64,000 nucleotides of DNA from Deferrisomatales bacterium (GTDB taxonomy: Bacteria > Desulfobacterota > Deferrisomatia > Deferrisomatales > JACRMM01), in NCBI GenBank assembly GCA_033551855.1, contig JAWSUI010000009.1:25334-89333 (forward strand). The letters run 5' to 3'. Below are positions 20,862 to 28,708 of this stretch, piece by piece. The number at the start of each line of letters is the position of its first letter. Positions within the stretch are counted from its first letter, which is position 1. A model generated the notes under the pieces. The model was not told the origin of the DNA and searched no databases. It saw nothing but the letters and a program-made list of their open reading frames with translations. The translations under genes and the position numbers were made by a program.

Positions 20862-20976
20862 GGCTAACCTCCTCGCTCGGGGATCCAGAAACAGCGTCGG
20901 GGGCCCAAGTTTACGGAAATCCTGGTGCCCGTCAACCGAGGCACCCCGTCCTGGACCCACCGCCCGTCAAGTGCTC

Positions 20977-21140
20977 GGGGTCGGGCGGGTCCGGCGGCGC
21001 AGGCGGACGGCCGCTCGAGGACCGTATCCCCGTCGGGGCCCGTGGACCCTTCGGGCATCCCGCAGGACCCGAGGGCCCGCAAAGTCGGGGCGTCCGGCAG
21101 CGGCCGCCGGCGTGGGCGGACCCACCCCGCCGTTTCCCGG
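20977..21140 (+). repeat. Structured intergenic repeat family A, copy 1
   Basis: Shares cgcaggcggacggccgctcga and ggca..g.ccgccgg..tgggcggaccc...cgtttcccgg with the copies at 36.9, 38.9 and 43.2 kb. Confidence 0.8.
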
Positions 21141-21280
21141 CCGAGCCGATACTTCCCCCCTGCGCAGCCTCCGCATGAGGGGCAGGGTTCCGGCTCATCT
21201 GGCGCACCCGGGCCGGGACCGTGTAGAGTCACCGGGCCGCGGCGGCGAAGTCCTTTCCGCGAATGTCAGGAGAAGGTCCC

Positions 21281-21766
21281 ATGCCGACGATGGAGGAGGT
21301 CAAGGCGTACCTGGCCGGCCACGGAATCGGGGTGAGGGAGTTCGACGTCCCCACCCCGACCTCCGAGACCGCCGCCCGAGCCGTGGGGTGCTCCGTGGGG
21401 GAGATCGCCAAGACCGTGCTCTTCGTGGTGGGGGGGGTTCCCGTGGCCGTCGTCGCCTCCGGGGACGTGAAGGTCATCGGGAGCAAGCTCAAGAAGGCCA
21501 CCGGGCTCACGGGGAAGGTCAGGCTGCCCACGGCCGAAGACGTGGTTCTCCACACGGGCTATGCCCCGGGCGGCGTCTGCCCCTTCCTCCTCCCCCCCGG
21601 GCTGCTCATCGTCATGGACTCGTCGCTCCGGCGCTTTCGCACGGTCTTCCCGGCAGCCGGCAACGACCACTCCGCGGTCCCCGTCACAGTGGATCGCCTC
21701 CTGGGTCTTACCGGTGCCCGCGAGGTGGACGCCTGCGAACCCCCGGGCGGCAAGGCGGCGCCGTAA
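21281..21766 (+). CDS. YbaK/EbsC family aminoacyl-tRNA deacylase-like protein
   Basis: AARAVGCSVGEIAKTVLF, TGYAPGGVCPF, PAAG. Confidence 0.9.
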   Translation: MPTMEEVKAYLAGHGIGVREFDVPTPTSETAARAVGCSVGEIAKTVLFVVGGVPVAVVASGDVKVIGSKLKKATGLTGKVRLPTAEDVVLHTGYAPGGVCPFLLPPGLLIVMDSSLRRFRTVFPAAGNDHSAVPVTVDRLLGLTGAREVDACEPPGGKAAP

Positions 21767-21892
21767 GCGCCCGCCGCCGCCGCGACCGCTTCGCCGAGCT
21801 TCCGAAATCGATCCCCCGTCCGAAGGACCTTGCCTCGTCCGGGCCTTCGGGTAGCCTGTGGGCCTCGAACCGCCACCCCCGAACGGCGAGCC

Positions 21893-23536
21893 ATGGCCCA
21901 GCAAAGCTTTCTCCACGACCTCATCCTTCACGGCTCCTTCGACCGCGCGTTGCTCGATTCCTTCCGCGTCGAGGAGCCGAGCGACGAAGTGCGGGGACTT
22001 TCTGTGGCTTTCGAGGCTCTGGCCACGGAGCTTCCGCCCGAAGACCTCGAGAGGGCCGGCGCCGTGCCGCCGGAGGCCCTGGCCTCCCTGGGCGGTCGGG
22101 GGTTCTTCGGGATGACCGTCCCGCGAGACTACGGGGGGCTCGGGCTCCCCTTCTCCCAATACCTGAAGGTCGTCGAGCGCATGGCCGCCGTCGACCTCTC
22201 CTTGGCCATGGTGTCGCTGGCCCACCTCTCCATCGGCGTCCAGGGTATCGTGCTCTTCGGCACCCACGAGCAGAAGAGGCGCTACCTCGCACCCGCCGCA
22301 GCGGGCGACCGGATCTTCGCTTACGCCCTGACCGAGCCCGAGGTCGGTTCCGACGCCAAGCACATCCGAACCACGGCCCGGCTCTCGGAGGACGGTTCCC
22401 ACTACGTCCTGAACGGCCAGAAGACCTATATCACCAACGCCAACTATGCCGGGGGCTTCACGGTGTTCGCGCAACTCCACGGTCATCGGCCCGGACACAT
22501 GGGAGCCTTCATCGTGGAACGGGCGTCGGAGGGGCTGACGGTCGGGCCGGACATGCCCAAGATGGGGCTGAAGGCGAGCTCCACCGCGTTTCTTCGCTTC
22601 GACGACGTGAACGTCCCGATCGAGAACCTGCTCGGCAAGCCGGGGGACGGGTTCCGGGTCGCGATGACGGTGCTGAGCTACGGCCGACTGGCCGTGTGTG
22701 CCGCCGGCCTGGGCCTCGTGGAGCGTTCCGTCACCGACATGGTCCGACGCGCGAAGTCCCGAGTCCAGTTCGGGGTCCCCATCGCGAGCTTCGAGCTGAT
22801 ACAGGAAAAGATCGCGTCGGCGCAGATCAGCGCGTACGTGGGGGAGGCCATGGTCGAGCTCGCCGCTCGTCAACTCGAGGAACGCCCCACCGCGAACGTG
22901 GCGCTGGAGACCAGCCACTGCAAGCTCTTCTGCACCACTCGGGCCTGGACGGTGCTCTACGACGCCATGCAGGTGGCCGGGGGGTCGGGGTACCTCTCCA
23001 CGAACCCCTACGAACGGCGCATGCGGGACTACCGCGTGGCGACGATCTTCGAGGGGACCACCGAGATCCACTCGATGTACCCTGCCCTCCTGCTCTTGCG
23101 ATCCCTCGGTGACGGTCTTCCCCGGGGCGCTCCCGCCAGGGCGCTGGCCTTGGTCCGGGGGGCCTTTCGGAGGCCTGCCGGGCCGACGCCGTCCGGCGAC
23201 GCCGGCGTCCGGCGGGCCCTGTCACTCGCCCGGCGGTGCGGACGGGTGCTCGTCCGGCTTCTCCACCTGGGGCTCCTCTTCTACGGGAAGGAAGTGGTCT
23301 CCCGAGAGTTCTTCCTGAGGCGGCTCACCTGGCTGAGCGCCCGGGAGTACGGTCTCCTGGCGGGCGCTGCGCGCCTGGAGGGAGAGCGGCGACAGGGTCA
23401 ACCCGTGGACGGTTCCGGCGCCCTGCTGGCCGCGTTTGCCGAGGAGACCGCCCGGGAGCTGCCCGACCTGAGGCGACTGCGCTCCACCAGGACGGAGCGC
23501 CTGATGACCGCCATCACCCGGCGACTCGCTTCGTGA
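21893..23536 (+). CDS. Acyl-CoA dehydrogenase (ACAD9/VLCAD-like)
   Basis: YALTEPEVGSD, LNGQKTYITN, KMGLKASST, RVQFG, IFEGTTEI. Confidence 0.93.
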   Translation: MAQQSFLHDLILHGSFDRALLDSFRVEEPSDEVRGLSVAFEALATELPPEDLERAGAVPPEALASLGGRGFFGMTVPRDYGGLGLPFSQYLKVVERMAAVDLSLAMVSLAHLSIGVQGIVLFGTHEQKRRYLAPAAAGDRIFAYALTEPEVGSDAKHIRTTARLSEDGSHYVLNGQKTYITNANYAGGFTVFAQLHGHRPGHMGAFIVERASEGLTVGPDMPKMGLKASSTAFLRFDDVNVPIENLLGKPGDGFRVAMTVLSYGRLAVCAAGLGLVERSVTDMVRRAKSRVQFGVPIASFELIQEKIASAQISAYVGEAMVELAARQLEERPTANVALETSHCKLFCTTRAWTVLYDAMQVAGGSGYLSTNPYERRMRDYRVATIFEGTTEIHSMYPALLLLRSLGDGLPRGAPARALALVRGAFRRPAGPTPSGDAGVRRALSLARRCGRVLVRLLHLGLLFYGKEVVSREFFLRRLTWLSAREYGLLAGAARLEGERRQGQPVDGSGALLAAFAEETARELPDLRRLRSTRTERLMTAITRRLAS

Positions 23537-23704
23537 GCACTCCTGCCGCCCGGAGGCCGGGCACACGCCAGCGCACACGGCCCGCCCCTGTGCGCGCTCC
23601 GGCACCCTGGCGGGCGGCCGCTCAAGCCGGGGGCGCCCTCTGCCGATGAACGGCCCGGCCTTCCGTGGCAGCTGCCGGCCCCCCTTCCGACCGGAGGACG
23701 ACCC

Positions 23705-24490
23705 TTGCGACGCGCCGCGACGATCATCACCCTCTCCCTGCTCCTCACCGCTCCCGGCGCCGCCGCCGCGGCCGTGGAGCTCGGCCTCAAGGGCGCCTAC
23801 TGGGTGCCCGAGTTCTCCGGGCAGTTCCGTCTCGACCGCAGCGGGACTCGGGGCACGGTCGTCGATGCGGAGGACGACGCGGGCATCGACGACGAGAACT
23901 TCTTTTTCGGCGAGGCATGGCTCCGGGCCGGACGGCACCGGCTCTCTCTCGCGGCCATGCGGGTGGAGTACTCGGGGGCGCGGGTGCTCTCTCGGGAGAT
24001 CACCTTCGGAGCAAGGACGTTCGTGGCGGACGGGCGGGCAGAAAGCTCCCTGGAGTACAACGCGCTCGACCTGGCCTACCAGTACGACCTGATCCTCCTG
24101 AAGGGGGGTCTTGCCGGCCTCTCCTTGGGGCCGATCCTCCAGCTCACCTACCTGGACGGGGACCTTGCGATGAGCGGAGAAGGTAGCGTCAACGGGACGA
24201 CCGGTCGCGCGGAGGCGTCGAAGGCCTTCCAGATTCCCCTCCCCCTGATCGGCGCGGGAGCGCGCCTCGGTCTCTTGACCGGATGGCTGGAGGCGCGGGC
24301 ACGGGCTGTCGGGATCGCCTATCGGGGAGACGCTGTCTGGGATTTTCAGGCAGAGGCTGCTCTCACCCTTTTCCCGTTCCTGGAGATCGTCGGGGGCTAC
24401 CGCCGCTTCGTCATCGACGTCGACCGGGATGGCGTCCTCCTCCACTACACCCAGTCCGGTCCGTACCTCGGCGCGGCCCTGGTCTTCTGA
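23705..24490 (+). CDS. Outer membrane beta-barrel protein (TIGR04219-like)
   Basis: Signal peptide, amphipathic strands, C-terminal SGPYLGAALVF. Confidence 0.8.
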   Translation: MRRAATIITLSLLLTAPGAAAAAVELGLKGAYWVPEFSGQFRLDRSGTRGTVVDAEDDAGIDDENFFFGEAWLRAGRHRLSLAAMRVEYSGARVLSREITFGARTFVADGRAESSLEYNALDLAYQYDLILLKGGLAGLSLGPILQLTYLDGDLAMSGEGSVNGTTGRAEASKAFQIPLPLIGAGARLGLLTGWLEARARAVGIAYRGDAVWDFQAEAALTLFPFLEIVGGYRRFVIDVDRDGVLLHYTQSGPYLGAALVF

Positions 24491-24538
24491 ACCCGGGCCC
24501 CCCCGCCCCGGCAAGGATCCAACGGCCCACCGAGCCCC

Positions 24539-24602
24539 GTGTCCGCACATCCCTGTGTGTCCGCACATCCCTGTTGACGAGGAGAGGACGATCGTTTACA
24601 AG
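24539..24602 (+). promoter_or_regulatory. Tandem 18-bp direct repeat abutting a putative sigma70 promoter
   Basis: (gtgtccgcacatccctgt)x2 at 24539-24574; TTGACG 24574-24579, 17-nt spacer, TACAAG 24597-24602. Confidence 0.55.
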
Positions 24603-24647
24603 GGTCGGAGGCCGGTCGCGCCGCATAACCACGGTTGGAGACCACCA

Positions 24648-25187
24648 ATGTTGGGCCAGAAGCTCAAGAGCGCTCGCCTCGCCCGAGGGTACAGCCTGGA
24701 AGAGCTCGCTCGGAGGACGGGTTTCTCCAAAAGCTTTTTGTCCCAGATCGAGAACGGCAAGAACTCCCCCTCGATTGCGAGCCTGAAGACGATCACCCAG
24801 GTCCTCGGGGTCAGTATCGGGGAACTGTTCGAGGTCGACCGGGGGGACCAGGTCTATTTTCTCCGCAAGAGGGACCGAATCCCCTTCGAAGTCGTGAAAG
24901 ACAAGGTGATCTTCGAGTTCGGCGCTTCGAAGGTCCCGAACCGGAAGATGGAGGCGATCTTTTTCACCCTCCTCCCGGGGGGAGAGAGCGAGGGAGACTA
25001 CACCCATGACGGCGAGGAGTTTGGCACGGTGGTCGCGGGGACCCTCCACCTCGAGCTTGGGGGCCGTGAGTACGTCATGGAACCCGGTGATTCCATCTAT
25101 TTCAGCTCCACGATTCCGCACCGCTGGAAGAACGCGGGCGACGAGCCCATGCGGGCCCTCTGGGTGATCACCCCCCCGTCCTTCTGA
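24648..25187 (+). CDS. XRE-family HTH plus cupin transcriptional regulator
   Basis: SLEELARRTGFSKSFLSQIENGK; HDGEEF...GDSIYF...PHRWKN. Confidence 0.92.
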   Translation: MLGQKLKSARLARGYSLEELARRTGFSKSFLSQIENGKNSPSIASLKTITQVLGVSIGELFEVDRGDQVYFLRKRDRIPFEVVKDKVIFEFGASKVPNRKMEAIFFTLLPGGESEGDYTHDGEEFGTVVAGTLHLELGGREYVMEPGDSIYFSSTIPHRWKNAGDEPMRALWVITPPSF

Positions 25188-25241
25188 CCCTCGCAGCCGG
25201 AGCCCGTACGGGCCCCATCTCCTCCTCCCGCCTGGAGTCCC

Positions 25242-25694
25242 ATGGACATCTTCCAACGCAGCATCCACTCCAACGTCAAGCGCCTGGACGATGACCGGCT
25301 CCAGGTGACGAGCTCCCTTCTCGACCTGGAACACTCGTTCCACCTGGAGCTGGTGGTCCGGGTTTCCACGGCCGCCATCGAGTCGGCCAAGGGCGCCATG
25401 AGCAAGACTCCCCTCACCCGGTGCCTCCAGGGAGTCGAGGCCATTCCGGGCCTGGTGGGGCTCACCATCGGCCGAGGGGTGGTCCGGGAGATCCAGCGCC
25501 GGATGGGCGGCCCCCGGGGCTGCGCCCACATGGTGGAGCTGATCCTGGACGCCGTGCGCCTCGTCTCCATGCTGCTCATCGGGGACACCGTGAACTACTG
25601 GGGAGAGCTCAAGGAAGAGTTGAGCGAGGAGGAGATCGTGGCGCGGGGCAGGGAGAAGCTCAAGAACACCTGCCTGGTCTTCGCGGAGGAATAG
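25242..25694 (+). CDS. DUF2889 domain protein
   Basis: LLDLEH, TP...C, GGPRGCAHMVELI, LKNTCLVF. Confidence 0.75.
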   Translation: MDIFQRSIHSNVKRLDDDRLQVTSSLLDLEHSFHLELVVRVSTAAIESAKGAMSKTPLTRCLQGVEAIPGLVGLTIGRGVVREIQRRMGGPRGCAHMVELILDAVRLVSMLLIGDTVNYWGELKEELSEEEIVARGREKLKNTCLVFAEE

Positions 25695-25695
25695 G

Positions 25696-26616
25696 GTGGA
25701 CACCAAGCGGGTAACGCTGGAGGAGGCGATCTCCCAGTTCGTGCAGGCCGGCGACGCCGTGGTGCTCGGGGCGGCCCTGGAGTCTCTCATTCCCTTCGCG
25801 GCGGGCTTCGAGCTGGTGCGGCAGGGTCTGCGCAACCTCACCCTCGTGGGGCCCATCTCCGACATGCTCTTCGACGTCCTCATCGGGGCCGGTTGTGCGC
25901 GCCGGGTGGAAGCGGCCTGGGTGGGCAACGTGATGATGGGCACGGGGTACAACTTCCGCCGCGCCGTGGAGTCGGGCGTGCCCCGGGCCCTGGAGGTGGT
26001 GGACCACACCAACTTCACTCTCCAGACGGGCCTCAAGGCGGCCGCCCAGGGGCTCTCCTTCCTGCCGACCCGGACCGCGCTGGGAAGCTCGATCCTCGAG
26101 CGCAATCTCGACCTCACGACGATGCGCTGCCCTTTCACGAACGCCCCCTTGGTCGCGGTGAGGGCGATCGAGCCCGACGTGGCGATTCTCCATGTGCAGA
26201 GGGCCGATGCGAAGGGCAACGCCCACGTCTGGGGCAATCTGGGCGTCACCCAAGAAGCCGCCTTCGCCGCGCGCAAGGTGATCGTGGTGGCCGAGGAGAT
26301 CGTGCCCCCCTCGGTCATCGCCAGCGACCCCAACCGAACCCTCATCCCCGGCTTCCTGGTCTCTGCCGTCGCGGAAGCCCCGTGGGGAAGCCACCCCTCG
26401 CCCTGCCAGGGTTACGCCAACCGGGACCATCGCTTCTACGCGGAGTACCACGCGGCCAGCCGGACCCGGGAAGGCTTCCTCGAGTGGCTGGACCGCTACG
26501 TGTGGGGCCCGGGCAGCCACGGGGGGTATGTGGAGCTCCTGCAGGCCTCCGGGCGGCTCGAGGAACTGGCGGTCGCGAACCACGCATACTCGGTGCCGTC
26601 GGACTACGGGTACTGA
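25696..26616 (+). CDS. CoA transferase subunit A (glutaconate CoA-transferase-like)
   Basis: PFAAGFELVRQG, PDVAILHVQRAD..GN, WGSHPS. Confidence 0.9.
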   Translation: MDTKRVTLEEAISQFVQAGDAVVLGAALESLIPFAAGFELVRQGLRNLTLVGPISDMLFDVLIGAGCARRVEAAWVGNVMMGTGYNFRRAVESGVPRALEVVDHTNFTLQTGLKAAAQGLSFLPTRTALGSSILERNLDLTTMRCPFTNAPLVAVRAIEPDVAILHVQRADAKGNAHVWGNLGVTQEAAFAARKVIVVAEEIVPPSVIASDPNRTLIPGFLVSAVAEAPWGSHPSPCQGYANRDHRFYAEYHAASRTREGFLEWLDRYVWGPGSHGGYVELLQASGRLEELAVANHAYSVPSDYGY

Positions 26617-26654
26617 CCCCCTGCCGGTCCGAGACGCGGACGGAGTCATAACGG

Positions 26655-27416
26655 ATGACGCGAGAGTTCACCCCCGGCGAGCTCATGATTGCCCGCGCCG
26701 CGCAGGAAATCCAGGACCGGGAATTGGTCTTCGTCGGCATGCGCCTTCCCCTGCTCGCCTTCCTCCTGGCTCGGTCCACCCACGCCCCGGGGGCCGTGGG
26801 CCTCTTCGAGAACGGCGTCCTGCGCGACACTCCCGCCTCGGCGCCCCTCATTACCATGAGCGATTCCCCCAACATTCGCGAAGCCCGGATGTGCATGGGG
26901 ATGGAGACGGCCATGGGGCTCCTCCAGGCAGGCCGGGTCGACCTGGGGTTCATCGGAGGCGCCGAGGTCGACCGCTATGGGAATCTCAACACGACCGAGG
27001 TGGGGGACGGCGGCCGGACGGTGCGGCTCCCGGGAAGCGGCGGGGCCTGTGACATCGCGTGCCTGGCCTCCCGACTGGTGGTCGTGATGAAGCACGAGCG
27101 GCGCCGTTTCGTCGAGCGCGTGCGCTACTGCACGAGCCCCGGGTACGGAGAGGGGGGGCGATGGCGGGAGCACCAAGGCCTCGCCCGGGGAGGGCCGACG
27201 GCGGTGATCACCGACAAGGCGGTCTTTGGGTTTCACCCCCGGACCCGCGAAATGGTCCTCCTCTCCGTGCATCCCGGCACCTCCCCGGAGGAGGTCCGAG
27301 ACCTCACCGGCTGGCCCCTGTTCCTGCCGGCCCAGGTGCCGGAGACCCCGACTCCCAAGGCCCTGGATCTAGAGGTGATCCGGCGCTACGACCCCGAGGG
27401 GTTCTGGAGCCGGTGA
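26655..27416 (+). CDS. CoA transferase subunit B
   Basis: VFVGM, catalytic-type LFENG, GGAEVDRYGNLNTT, RLPGSGGACDIA. Confidence 0.9.
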   Translation: MTREFTPGELMIARAAQEIQDRELVFVGMRLPLLAFLLARSTHAPGAVGLFENGVLRDTPASAPLITMSDSPNIREARMCMGMETAMGLLQAGRVDLGFIGGAEVDRYGNLNTTEVGDGGRTVRLPGSGGACDIACLASRLVVVMKHERRRFVERVRYCTSPGYGEGGRWREHQGLARGGPTAVITDKAVFGFHPRTREMVLLSVHPGTSPEEVRDLTGWPLFLPAQVPETPTPKALDLEVIRRYDPEGFWSR

Positions 27417-27703
27417 CCCCGTCGGTCCGCCGGGAGATCCTGGAGCGGCTTCGGAGGGGACCGGCGACCCTGCGGGAGCTCTCCCGGGAGCTCGGGCTAC
27501 GGGAGAGGGAGACGGCGGAACATCTCGGGCACGCGGCCCGGTCGCTTCGGCAAGGGGAAACGCTGGCAGAGGTGCCGGCCGAGTGCCGGGGGTGCGGCTT
27601 CCGGTTCCGGAAGCGGGAGCGGCTGACCACTCCGGGACGCTGCCCCCGCTGCCGGAGCGAGCGGATCCGGCCGGCGGTGTTTCGGGTGGAATCCGCCTCC
27701 TGA
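27413..27703 (+). CDS. HTH plus Zn-ribbon transcriptional regulator (COG3357-like)
   Basis: GTGA overlap with the previous stop; EHLGHAARS, CRGCGF, PGRCPRCRSERI. Confidence 0.8.
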   Translation: MTPSVRREILERLRRGPATLRELSRELGLRERETAEHLGHAARSLRQGETLAEVPAECRGCGFRFRKRERLTTPGRCPRCRSERIRPAVFRVESAS

Positions 27704-27783
27704 GGAACCTCCCACGCAGCCCCGCTGGACCTGCCTCGGGGGGCCGGGAGACGAGCCGCCTGCGAACCTCGGAGAACCCGTCC

Positions 27784-28704
27784 ATGCTGACGCCCATGGA
27801 GCCCGCATATAGGGCGGCGCTCGCCGACGGGCGCCTGCACCGCGCCCTCCGGGAGGCCTGGAGCCGCCTGGCCTCTTGCGACCTCTGTCCCCGGCGCTGC
27901 GGCGTCGATCGGCTGCGGGGGGAGGAGGGTTTCTGCCGCACCGGCCGGCGCGCCCGTGTGGCGTCCGCGGGGCCGCACTTCGGGGAGGAAAGACCGCTCG
28001 TGGGGAGCGGAGGCTCGGGGACGATCTTCTTCTCCGGGTGCAACCTGCGGTGCCGGTTCTGCCAGAACTGGGAGCTGAGCTGGGAAGGGGAAGGGGCGGA
28101 GATGCTTCCGCACCGCCTGGCCGACACCATGCTCGACCTGCAGGCCCGGGGTTGCCACAACGTGAACCTCGTCACCCCCTCCCACGTGGTGCCCCAGCTC
28201 CTGGCCGCCGTTGTCCTGGCGACCCGGAAGGGCCTCTGCCTTCCGCTGGTCTACAACTCCAGCGGCTACGACTCGGTGGACACCCTGGGCCTGCTCGACG
28301 GGGTGATCGACCTCTACATGCCGGACATGAAGTGGGTCGATCCCACCGCGGGAGAACGGCTGGCGGGGGTCCCCGACTACTGGGACGCAACCCGCGAGGC
28401 GGTGCGGGAGATGCACCGCCAGGTGGGGGACCTGGTCCTGGACCGGCGGGGCATCGCCCTGCGGGGGCTCCTCGTCCGGCACCTGGTCATGCCCGACGGC
28501 CTTGCCGGCACCGGGCGGGTCATGGAGTTCCTGGCGACGGAGGTCTCTCGCGACACCTACGTCAACGTCATGGCCCAGTATCGGCCGGTGGGCGAGGCCT
28601 GGGAGCTTCCCCCCCTCGATCGGCGCATCACCCGGGCCGAGCACGCCCACGCCCTGGCCGAGGCGCGGCGGGCCGGGCTGCGAAGAATCGACGGGGAACC
28701 CTGA
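27784..28704 (+). CDS. Radical SAM protein, PflX-like
   Basis: CDLCPRRC, HFGEE, GTIFFSGCNLRCRFCQN, LLVRHLVMP. Confidence 0.9.
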   Translation: MLTPMEPAYRAALADGRLHRALREAWSRLASCDLCPRRCGVDRLRGEEGFCRTGRRARVASAGPHFGEERPLVGSGGSGTIFFSGCNLRCRFCQNWELSWEGEGAEMLPHRLADTMLDLQARGCHNVNLVTPSHVVPQLLAAVVLATRKGLCLPLVYNSSGYDSVDTLGLLDGVIDLYMPDMKWVDPTAGERLAGVPDYWDATREAVREMHRQVGDLVLDRRGIALRGLLVRHLVMPDGLAGTGRVMEFLATEVSRDTYVNVMAQYRPVGEAWELPPLDRRITRAEHAHALAEARRAGLRRIDGEP

Positions 28705-28708
28705 CGGT

